From: a virus
Taxonomy: Duplodnaviria; Caudoviricetes
Virus record (IMG/VR): IMGVR_UViG_3300034050_001176
Span: 1-59,449 of that record
Direction: 5' to 3' (one strand)
DNA: 59,449 nucleotides
Part shown: positions 1 through 8,085 of the stretch, piece after piece
Numbering within the stretch: position 1 is the stretch's first letter
Layout of the letters: each line of letters starts with the position of its first letter
The notes under the pieces: model-generated
The model's input: the letters and a program-made list of their open reading frames with translations, nothing else
Database searches by the model: none
What the model was told of the DNA's origin: nothing
Translations under genes and position numbers: made by a program

Positions 1-424
1 TGCATAGGAACTTATTCTTGTTGTATTCAATGCTTTTTTAGCAGACAGAATCTCCTATGCATATTTTTTCATCATAATTTTTAGTTAATTCCCTCTGCTA
101 TTTTGTTTTTGCAAAAGGCTCTAATGGAAATTCAATTATTCCTTTCGAGAGTATGAGAGCTTATTTTAAAAGTTGTCTTGTCGAAAATGGCAATGAAATC
201 TAATCTTTGATTTCGTTTGATAAAGGTTTTGACGCTTACGATCATGGGTAGTAGAGCAATGATTGCTAAATTGTGATGAGGGTCAAGCCAGTGAGGCCTG
301 GCTCCTTAAACTTCTTTATACGCTTCTGGATCAATTTAATCAAAGTCTAGCCCCTTTAAACATCCCATCAAATAATTTTCTAATAATTCCTTGTATTGCA
401 TGCGTATGTTAATTATCTTGATAC

Positions 425-468
425 ATATACATAATTTATCAACAGTGTTATTAACAAGGTTATACACA
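425..468 (+). promoter_or_regulatory. Degenerate DnaA-box-like array upstream of terS (left copy)
   Basis: ATATACATA, TTATCAACA, TTATTAACA, TTATACACA, in the same positions as the four boxes at 39785-39828. Confidence 0.45.
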
Positions 469-469
469 C

Positions 470-853
470 ATGGAATTAACACCCCCTCGTTCAACGCCTG
501 CTTCAGATTATCTCGATTTTGTAAGACGCAAGGCTGTATCTGGCATGAGTTCTGACCAAATCGCTGCAGACTACGCTCAGCGCTGGAATATTTCCTATGA
601 GCTTGCCAAGCAACGTATGAAGGAATCTGAATACCGACAAGCCATGGAAGCTGGCTACCAATCTGGTCTGGGGCGGATTTGGGAAAAACTCCACCACCTT
701 GCTATGGAAAAAAATGATCAGGGGATTTTGTTATTACTGGCCAAGGAACAACTCAAACTGTTTGGTCAAGTGGAATCGGAGGATTTACTGGCTAAAAGTT
801 CGTTGAGTAAAGATAAACTCAAGAAAATTCATGAGCTGATCTTTGGAAAATAA
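470..853 (+). CDS. terS: Putative terminase small subunit
   Basis: 127-aa helical protein overlapping the terL start; near-identical paralogue at 39400-39783. Call is positional. Confidence 0.7.
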   Translation: MELTPPRSTPASDYLDFVRRKAVSGMSSDQIAADYAQRWNISYELAKQRMKESEYRQAMEAGYQSGLGRIWEKLHHLAMEKNDQGILLLLAKEQLKLFGQVESEDLLAKSSLSKDKLKKIHELIFGK

Positions 854-2252
854 CCTCACTTCAGCTGAGATTATGAAAGAGGCGTGGTATGCTCACCGGA
901 CCTTCGCCTATTATGAACCGCATTTAAAACAGAAGCAGTTTCATGCATTGGGTAAAACCGCTCGAGAACGTTTGTTTTTGGCGGGTAATCGTACCGGTAA
1001 GACCTATGGTGGGGCAATTGAAGTGTGTATGCACCTCAGTGGCGTCTATCCTGAGGATTGGTCGGGCTATCGCTTTGATAAACCTATTATGGCCTGGGCA
1101 ATTGGGGTGTCGAATGAAACAGTGCGTTCGACCCTACAACAGTATTACATTGGTGATCCTAAAGCTTCAAGCCCTGGAGCGTTAGCCCCAGCTATTATCT
1201 TGTCCACCACGATGCGACGTGGCTTAGCCGATGCGGTTGATACGGTTCGGGTACGCCATGTTAGTGGAGCTCAATCAATCTTGTGCTTTAAAAGCTATCA
1301 GCAAGGTCGTGAAGCTTTGCAAGGGGCAAGAGTCGATTTAATCCACTGTGATGAAGAACCACCCCATAGTTTGTATATGGAATTACTGATGCGCCTCATG
1401 AGTGTTGATGGGGTATCCGATCCAGGCATGATGATGATTACCGCAACCCCATTATTGGGGATGACCAATACGATCTTGCGCTTTACCAATGAAGATGATG
1501 CAAGGGAAGGCGAAGCCCTGAATGGGCGTGGGTTTGTGCAAGCGGGTTGGAATGATAACCCGTATTTGAGTGAACCAGAAAAAAAACAACTGCGCTCCGG
1601 TATGGCACCCCATGAGTTGGAAGCCAGGGAAAAGGGTATTCCATCACTTGGCTCTGGTATGGTCTATCCGGTCGCTGAATCAGCAATTACCTGTGAGCCA
1701 TTTGCTATTCCAGACTATTGGCCAAGGGTTTATGGCCTAGACTTTGGTTGGACAGCTCCAACCGCAGCACTTTTTGGGGCTCATGATCGGGACAATGATG
1801 TGATCTATTTCAACTGCGAATATGCTTTACCAGAGCTCACGCCCCAACAACATGCTACAAATCTTTTAAAACTTGGGGCGGATTGGATTCCAGGGGTTTT
1901 TGATCCCTCAGGGCTACAATCAAGTGTTAAGGATGGTGACAAGCTTGCCCAAGTTTACCATGATGTGGGACTCAAACATTTAAGCAAAGCCGATAATGCT
2001 AAAGAATCAGGCATTGCCCAAACTTTGACGCGGATGCAAAATGGGCAACTTAAAATTTTTAGCTCCTTATCACAAACTCTCAAGGAGTTACGCATCTATG
2101 GACGTGATGAACATGGCATTGTTCGCAAAGGCAATGACCATCTTATGGACTGTATGCGCTATATTGTGATGTCAGGGCTCAATGTTGCTCGGCCCCAGAA
2201 AATGCCAAGGCCCATTGGTAGAATGCGCTGTCAAGGTGGGGGATATTTATGA
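843..2252 (+). CDS. terL: Terminase large subunit, P22 gp2-like
   Basis: Walker A LAGNRTGKT, FKSYQQGRE, Walker B IHCDEEPP, TATP coupling motif, nuclease motifs GLDFG and NDHLMDCMRY; TTG start. Confidence 0.95.
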   Translation: MENNLTSAEIMKEAWYAHRTFAYYEPHLKQKQFHALGKTARERLFLAGNRTGKTYGGAIEVCMHLSGVYPEDWSGYRFDKPIMAWAIGVSNETVRSTLQQYYIGDPKASSPGALAPAIILSTTMRRGLADAVDTVRVRHVSGAQSILCFKSYQQGREALQGARVDLIHCDEEPPHSLYMELLMRLMSVDGVSDPGMMMITATPLLGMTNTILRFTNEDDAREGEALNGRGFVQAGWNDNPYLSEPEKKQLRSGMAPHELEAREKGIPSLGSGMVYPVAESAITCEPFAIPDYWPRVYGLDFGWTAPTAALFGAHDRDNDVIYFNCEYALPELTPQQHATNLLKLGADWIPGVFDPSGLQSSVKDGDKLAQVYHDVGLKHLSKADNAKESGIAQTLTRMQNGQLKIFSSLSQTLKELRIYGRDEHGIVRKGNDHLMDCMRYIVMSGLNVARPQKMPRPIGRMRCQGGGYL

Positions 2253-2277
2253 TTGATATGTGTGGAAAAGCAAACTC

Positions 2278-2378
2278 ATGACTACACAACTCCATAAACC
2301 GCCAAGAGGTTATGGATTCTCTTCCTTGATGGAGATAGCTGTGGCCAGCTCTCACTAACCTTTCTTAAATGCTTTTGT
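2278..2378 (+). pseudogene. Relic of the patatin N-terminus
   Basis: After a frameshift it reads TTP*TAKRLWILFLDGDSCGQLSLTFLKCFC, versus TTPQTAKTVRILSLDGGGMRGYLSATFLKRFC in 36699-37871. Confidence 0.8.
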
Positions 2379-2452
2379 TTTATATAATTTTAGAAATACA
2401 ATACTTACATTAACGAATATTGTATGTAGATCAATAAACCTACGTCTAATGG

Positions 2453-2480
2453 TTGAATTTTGGGCCAGAAATGCTATACT
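2453..2480 (+). promoter_or_regulatory. Sigma70-like promoter upstream of portal
   Basis: TTGAAT-16 nt-TATACT with an extended -10 TG; equivalent retained at 33086-33113. Confidence 0.55.
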
Positions 2481-2548
2481 GAGCTTGCGTTGTGTTAGTT
2501 TTGTGTCTCTAATATTTCTTTTAAATATATGGACCATAGGAATAAACC

Positions 2549-2722
2549 ATGAACATGATCCTCAACCCCCAATATGGTCAAAGCTATGGAAACTTAGAGG
2601 TCGTGCTGGATGATGGGTCAGTCAAAACGCCAATCCCCCTGTTTGTGGTCGAGTGCTTTTTATGGTACATGGTTGTTGTACATATCCTTATCGATGTATT
2701 ATTACAAATGGGTAAGCTTTAA
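2549..2722 (+). pseudogene. Internally deleted and diverged copy of the 73-aa pre-portal gene (57-codon ORF)
   Basis: Same RBS/start GGAATAAACCATGA; LNPQYGQSYGNLEVVLDD..VKTPIPL versus LNPQYVQICGNLGVVLDD..IKTQIPL in 32789-33010. Confidence 0.7.
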
Positions 2723-2725
2723 CCT

Positions 2726-4552
2726 ATGGCTTACCCACTTTCACCATCCCGGCAAAAGGCCCTAGACACCGCCCAAGACTATTTTAGGGCGGCTAACCTG
2801 CATCAATCAACCAATGAGTTTCGCTTAAAATCCATTAATGATTACGGATTTTACGATGGCACTGACCAATGGCAGCCGAAAGATTTAGAAAAGTTAAATG
2901 CCCGTGAACAACTCCCCATTACCGTCAATATCTGCAAAGGGTTTATCGATAATCTTTCAGGTGTCGAAATCCAATCTCGTTATCGCACTGCGTGCCGCAG
3001 TGATTCCCATAACCCTCAAGATGATAAACTTGCTGAAGCCTTAACTCATCTGTTGTTCTATGTTCAAGAACACCAGGAAATACCTTATAAAGGCAGCTTG
3101 AAGTTTCGTGATTCCCTGATTTGCGGGATTGGCTGGAGTCATCTGTGCAAGGAAGATGGTGAAGTTTTTTATGATTATGTGCATCCCTTCAATATTCTGC
3201 CTGATCCCGATGATCTCAGCCCGCAATATGATGCGATGAAATACGTCTGCCGCAAACGCTGGATGCGCCCAGACATGGTCAAGTCGATGTGGCCTAAGAC
3301 CGCTCAAGAGATTGATTTTGGCGGAGAATTTGCTTATTACGAGGGCATTTCATCTGCGGAGCTGATGGATCGTAACGCTGCCTATACGGATTACGGTGGG
3401 TACACAGGCGCAAATGGCAGTCGGGTACTGGTGGTCGAAGTCCAATACAAGGTGCCCCATAAAATCTATAGTGGTACCGATAGCAATGGTCGATTCTTTG
3501 AGACTTTTAAGCTAGAGGAGGCTGAAGAACTTGCCCAAGGTGAAATTGAAGAAAAAAGGGGCGAGCGCATCATGCGCACCCTGTTTTTGGACAACACGTT
3601 GCTAGAACATGGACCGTTGGACAACACTTTCCCAGATCAAAAAGATTTTAGTTATATTCCGATCGTTTTTCAGCGGCGTTTTAAAACTGGTGTAGCTTAT
3701 GGACTTTTGGAATCGATGAAAGATATCCAACGGGACTGTAATGCCCGGGTAACGAAATCAATTTATGCGATTAACTCGGCTCGTTTAATTTTTGAAGGCA
3801 ATCCGATGCAAGGTCAGAGTCTTGAAACAATTCAGGAGCAATTGCAAAAAATTGATTCAGTGATTGCTCTGCCCAAGGATTCTAAGTTTCAACTGTCCAG
3901 CAATGCACAGATGGGGGAAGAGCAACTTAAAATTGTTGAACTCTACCTTAAGCTGATCCAAAGAGTTACTGGTATTCATGATGAGATGCTGGGGATTCAA
4001 ACCAATGCCACCAGTGGGGTTGCCCAACACATGCGTCAGGTCAACAGTGTACGCAATAATGTCTTTGCCTTTGATAACTTCTCGCAGATGAAGAAACGCG
4101 AATCCCGGTTTATCTTAAACATCATTCAATCCAGCAGTGAGATGAACGCGGCGGTAGAACTGCTAACACCGAATGAGCGAGAAATGATCATTTTGAATCT
4201 GATGCGAGAAGTTAACGGTAAACAGGTAATATTCAATGATATCCGCACCCTACCGCTGTCCTTGTACATTGAAGAAGTGCCGGATTACCAAAGTTCCTTT
4301 GCGGAACAAAAGGCTACTTTCGAATCCCTATTGTCTAACGCCCATGCCCAGTGGCTAATGCTCTCACCGGAACTACTGCGCCGCATGGGGGTGCGCAATC
4401 CGGAACAAATCGCCCAAGAAATGCAGCAAGCCATGCAACAAAAAACCACGATGGAACAAGGGGTTGCCGGCAGAGGTGATCCTGTACAGTTTGCCCCTCA
4501 AGGCCAACCCCAAGGTGGATCTAACCAGCCACTCAAACAACAACCTATTTAA
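2726..4552 (+). CDS. Portal protein, P22-like
   Basis: FYDGTDQW, LPITVN, CGIGW, ESMKDIQRDCN and NATSGVA motifs; Gln-rich C-terminus; position after terL. Confidence 0.9.
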   Translation: MAYPLSPSRQKALDTAQDYFRAANLHQSTNEFRLKSINDYGFYDGTDQWQPKDLEKLNAREQLPITVNICKGFIDNLSGVEIQSRYRTACRSDSHNPQDDKLAEALTHLLFYVQEHQEIPYKGSLKFRDSLICGIGWSHLCKEDGEVFYDYVHPFNILPDPDDLSPQYDAMKYVCRKRWMRPDMVKSMWPKTAQEIDFGGEFAYYEGISSAELMDRNAAYTDYGGYTGANGSRVLVVEVQYKVPHKIYSGTDSNGRFFETFKLEEAEELAQGEIEEKRGERIMRTLFLDNTLLEHGPLDNTFPDQKDFSYIPIVFQRRFKTGVAYGLLESMKDIQRDCNARVTKSIYAINSARLIFEGNPMQGQSLETIQEQLQKIDSVIALPKDSKFQLSSNAQMGEEQLKIVELYLKLIQRVTGIHDEMLGIQTNATSGVAQHMRQVNSVRNNVFAFDNFSQMKKRESRFILNIIQSSSEMNAAVELLTPNEREMIILNLMREVNGKQVIFNDIRTLPLSLYIEEVPDYQSSFAEQKATFESLLSNAHAQWLMLSPELLRRMGVRNPEQIAQEMQQAMQQKTTMEQGVAGRGDPVQFAPQGQPQGGSNQPLKQQPI

Positions 4553-4568
4553 CCATTAGGAGAAAATT

Positions 4569-5495
4569 ATGTTAGATACCCTAAAAAAGGAAACAGCTGA
4601 GACTGCAGAAAAAATGGATACAATTTCTAGTTTGTTTGAGGATCGTGATCGCCAAGCTTTACAAGAGGATATCAGCCCATCTTCCAACACATCAAAAAAA
4701 CAGGCAGCACCCACATTATCTTCACAACCAGATGAGGTAACGGTTGAAACCAAAGCTGCCAAGGTCGACGATCAAGCTATTGACAACCCAGATCTCAAAG
4801 CCTTACAAACGGAGCTGGAAAAAACCCGCAAAACGATCCTGGAGAATCAGAAGTATGGGCGGCAAAATGCTCAACGCTTAAAGGGTGCTTTAAAACAAGC
4901 TAAAACTTTGGTGGAGAGTGGTGCATTGTCTGAGGAAGAAGCGCGACACTTAATAACATCTTTGGAAAGTGATGATGCAGAAGCAGTAGAAGCTTCCCCA
5001 TACGATACGCATCCCTTTGGTCAGGTGCTTAAAATTGCCAACACCCAACTAGAGAACCTCAGAAAATATAGCGATGATGACCTGCTGGATGACAAGGTCA
5101 AAGCTTTTGATTACTTCCTAAGCCTGGCATCTCCTGAAGAAGTTAAGGGGGCTCTTGAGGATCTTACTGACCTCATCGATGATCCGATCAAACTGACTAA
5201 AAAGATGCTCAGCATTGGCAAGCTTTATTATGATGAATCCTATAAGGATATCGCTAGTTCTGGAGGTGTTTCTCAGTACATAAAAAGTAAACAGGAAGAA
5301 ATTGAAATGTTGAACAAAAGTATTGACAAGTTAACCAAGAAACTGGCACAGTATGAGGACTATGATCAACCACGTTATCGTATTAATGAAGTTGGTGAGT
5401 CTAACGACACACCCCATACAAAACGGGATCCCTCTTCGGATGTCTTTGATGATCGAGACAGGGATGATAGGAGAAGACAAAAGCGCCTAGCCTAG
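4569..5495 (+). CDS. Putative scaffolding protein
   Basis: Acidic, coiled-coil-like protein between portal and capsid, with a basic C-terminal tip. Confidence 0.65.
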   Translation: MLDTLKKETAETAEKMDTISSLFEDRDRQALQEDISPSSNTSKKQAAPTLSSQPDEVTVETKAAKVDDQAIDNPDLKALQTELEKTRKTILENQKYGRQNAQRLKGALKQAKTLVESGALSEEEARHLITSLESDDAEAVEASPYDTHPFGQVLKIANTQLENLRKYSDDDLLDDKVKAFDYFLSLASPEEVKGALEDLTDLIDDPIKLTKKMLSIGKLYYDESYKDIASSGGVSQYIKSKQEEIEMLNKSIDKLTKKLAQYEDYDQPRYRINEVGESNDTPHTKRDPSSDVFDDRDRDDRRRQKRLA

Positions 5496-5687
5496 GTCGC
5501 CCGCTTTTGGATTCAGCTTGGATGAAAAGACGATTGCGTAAAGGTTGAAGACAGCTCAATTTCTGGCTCTTACCTTCAACTTTTACCGAAATCCCTACCT
5601 TTTTTTGAAAAGAACGAAAATTCGCATTTTAAGGACAACTTTGGTTGTTGCTTAAATTTTTTTGTTTGTTTTAAAAAAGGAATTTTT
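5496..5687 (+). promoter_or_regulatory. Conserved structured leader upstream of the major capsid gene
   Basis: About 190 nt conserved with 29428-29619; stem GTAAAGGTTGAAG/CTTCAACTTTTAC shows a compensatory change in the other copy. Confidence 0.55.
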
Positions 5688-6908
5688 ATGGCGCTTTATC
5701 CAGTCCCTGCACCCGGTTATAATGGAATCAACCAAAATCTCTTCCCCTTTGACGTTGTCACGAAAGTCTTCAAGGAATGGGTACAAATCACCCCATTGTA
5801 CAACCTGATCGGTAATGAGCCGACCCGACCGATTGTTCGTAAACAACTTAGTCGTGGTGAAGGTTTGCAATACCGCATGGGCAAACTCCAAGCGCTTGAT
5901 TACAAAAACCCTGTGCTAAACTTCGATCAACGCCGGGGTAATGCCCAGCAGCAATCAATTGACTACGATGCTGTCAATGTCGATTTTAAAAGCTTTCTGG
6001 TCCAGATCAAGGGCTACGACATTCTCAACTACGGTACACCGATTGACTTGCCACCCTATGCGCGTCAGCAATTGGTCGAAGCATTCTCCAGGTGTTTAAA
6101 CTACGATCTGTTTAATGCGATGACCTCCACAGTCTATCCGGCCCTGACCACAGGTTCTGCCTTAACCGGTAACGTCGCTGGGAATTACCCAAGCTATGAT
6201 CGTGTGGTTTTACCAGTCGCTGCAGGAACGCTATTAGGAAGAGCAGCTTATCAAGCCAATGGCACCTTTCCAACCCTGGTCAATGGCCTACAGACTTCCG
6301 CCAACACAACCCCTGCAGGATCAGGTCTTTCCGCCCGTCACTTGGAGACCTTAAAGCAATATGCGGAACGGGGTAATGCTGCTGATGTTGGGGTCAATAC
6401 CGAAAATGCCCTACGCCCAGCCTACATTAAAAGCAAAGCCGGGTGGCCGATGAACAAATATATTTATCTGGCCCATCCCCAAACCCTCACTAGCTTGTTT
6501 GCCGATCCGTTGTTTGCCAACTCAACCTTTAACCGTGGCACGGTGATTGATTCTGATAATACCCCACAAACCCTCAATGGTGCTGACTATGTGGGGGAAT
6601 ATCGTGGCATTGCGATTTATAGCTGCCGTGACCTCTACCAATATGCGATCACCAGTCAAGATGGGACAAAACAAGCGGCCTGGAACATTTTTATGGGTGC
6701 TGGTGCCCTATCAATAGGTTGGGCGGAAGAACCACAGATCGGCATGGAAAATGACCTAGTGGAACGGATTCAGCTCTACTTTGGTCATGAGTTTCGTGGA
6801 CAAAAGATGCTGCAGTTTAAAAGTTTATACGCAAGCCAGGCTGGTGCCGTAGTGGGATCAAACACAGTGGTTGAACAGGGAATACTTCATTCGTTTGTCA
6901 GCTTTTAA
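5688..6908 (+). CDS. Major capsid protein (DUF4043/N4-gp56-like)
   Basis: 406 aa after the scaffold; LSRGEG..RRGNAQ..VNVD N-terminal pattern and YIYLAHPQ motif; very conserved between the two copies. Confidence 0.8.
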   Translation: MALYPVPAPGYNGINQNLFPFDVVTKVFKEWVQITPLYNLIGNEPTRPIVRKQLSRGEGLQYRMGKLQALDYKNPVLNFDQRRGNAQQQSIDYDAVNVDFKSFLVQIKGYDILNYGTPIDLPPYARQQLVEAFSRCLNYDLFNAMTSTVYPALTTGSALTGNVAGNYPSYDRVVLPVAAGTLLGRAAYQANGTFPTLVNGLQTSANTTPAGSGLSARHLETLKQYAERGNAADVGVNTENALRPAYIKSKAGWPMNKYIYLAHPQTLTSLFADPLFANSTFNRGTVIDSDNTPQTLNGADYVGEYRGIAIYSCRDLYQYAITSQDGTKQAAWNIFMGAGALSIGWAEEPQIGMENDLVERIQLYFGHEFRGQKMLQFKSLYASQAGAVVGSNTVVEQGILHSFVSF

Positions 6909-6999
6909 AAAGATAAAAATATAATAGAAAAGAAGACAATATATAGAAATACAATAGATAATAATTTAACATATTATAAATTAATAGAGGAGATCAATC

Positions 7000-7371
7000 A
7001 TGACAAGTGTTGTTCGCTACGTGCAAAATACAACGACTGCTGCCAACGTGAATACAAGCGTGGTGTCAACGGGAAGCGATTATCAGCTGGTTGCTTTTGA
7101 TATTACGACTGCAGCAGGAATTGCGGCTAACGCCAATGCCAATATCTTGACCTGGAAAGGGGCGGGTAAAATCAAGGCAATATCATCGGTGTTTATGCGC
7201 CGGGCTACAACCGGTGAAGTGATTCCTATGGGAGCGGTGGCACAAAATACCCATACAACCATCACCCTAGATGCCACAGGAAAAATCATCAACATCGCTT
7301 TATTAGCAGGTGCAACACCTATTCCAACCAATACGGTGATTTCTTTACTGCTGGTGATTGGGAATTACTAA
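7000..7371 (+). CDS. Putative capsid decoration/head protein
   Basis: 123-aa beta-rich protein directly after the capsid gene, with a strong GGAG RBS. Confidence 0.5.
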   Translation: MTSVVRYVQNTTTAANVNTSVVSTGSDYQLVAFDITTAAGIAANANANILTWKGAGKIKAISSVFMRRATTGEVIPMGAVAQNTHTTITLDATGKIINIALLAGATPIPTNTVISLLLVIGNY

Positions 7372-7431
7372 AGGTAGGCGTCTGCACGATAAGTTAGGTG
7401 AGTGAGAAGATGATCGTGGGATAAGTAAAAA

Positions 7432-8070
7432 ATGGAAGTATCAACGTTACTGAACTTAATGGGTAATCTCTCTTTGGGTAATGATAATATTACTGCGGTT
7501 GAGCGAGGTATTTTTTTACAGTATCTCAACCTCGCCCATTTAGAGCTCTACCAAGTGACGGCTAATTTTAATCAGGATCTGCTGGTTCAAGTAACCCTTG
7601 CTAATCAGGTGGAGTCAAACCAGGTGCAACTCCCCGAAACCCCCTATCTGGTCAATCACGTTTACGATCTTACCCATCACCGTCAACTCCGTCGGATTTC
7701 CTTAAGGGATGCGATTACTAAGGACCCAGCTTTTACAGCTAATGGCAATCCTACCCAATATGTTGTTCGGCGTGATGTCTTGGAGTTTATCCCAACGCAG
7801 ATGGCGATCACCTCGATCAATATCTGGTATGTTCCTCAGCCGATCCCTTTAACGGAACAAACCCCTGAGGAAGATATCCCCTATCCCTTTGCCTATCACC
7901 CTGTCTTAGTCGATGGGGCGTTGTATTATTTATTTTGTGAAGAAGGCGGCTTTAAAAACCTCCAAAAGGCTCAGGATGCTCAAAGACGCTGGGAAGTCGG
8001 CCAGACCCGCTTGCTCGCCTATCTCTACAATTCCAGTGGTCAACTGTTTTCTACGTTCAGTAGTGTGTAG
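7432..8070 (+). CDS. Head-tail adaptor (tail tubular A-like)
   Basis: YLNLA, GNPTQY and YHPVLVDGALY motifs; position before the nozzle gene. Confidence 0.7.
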   Translation: MEVSTLLNLMGNLSLGNDNITAVERGIFLQYLNLAHLELYQVTANFNQDLLVQVTLANQVESNQVQLPETPYLVNHVYDLTHHRQLRRISLRDAITKDPAFTANGNPTQYVVRRDVLEFIPTQMAITSINIWYVPQPIPLTEQTPEEDIPYPFAYHPVLVDGALYYLFCEEGGFKNLQKAQDAQRRWEVGQTRLLAYLYNSSGQLFSTFSSV

Positions 8071-8085
8071 CAGGGTGGATGAATC

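Noticed and set aside
1-303. Inverted repeat TGCATAGGA (1-9/53-61) and hairpin AGCCAG/CTGGCT (~286-303)
   Set aside because: Short, at the window edge and with no counterpart in the right element; no function can be assigned.
2549-2722. Holin
   Set aside because: The hydrophobic tail is appended to a decayed copy of the soluble 73-aa gene and is absent from the complete element.
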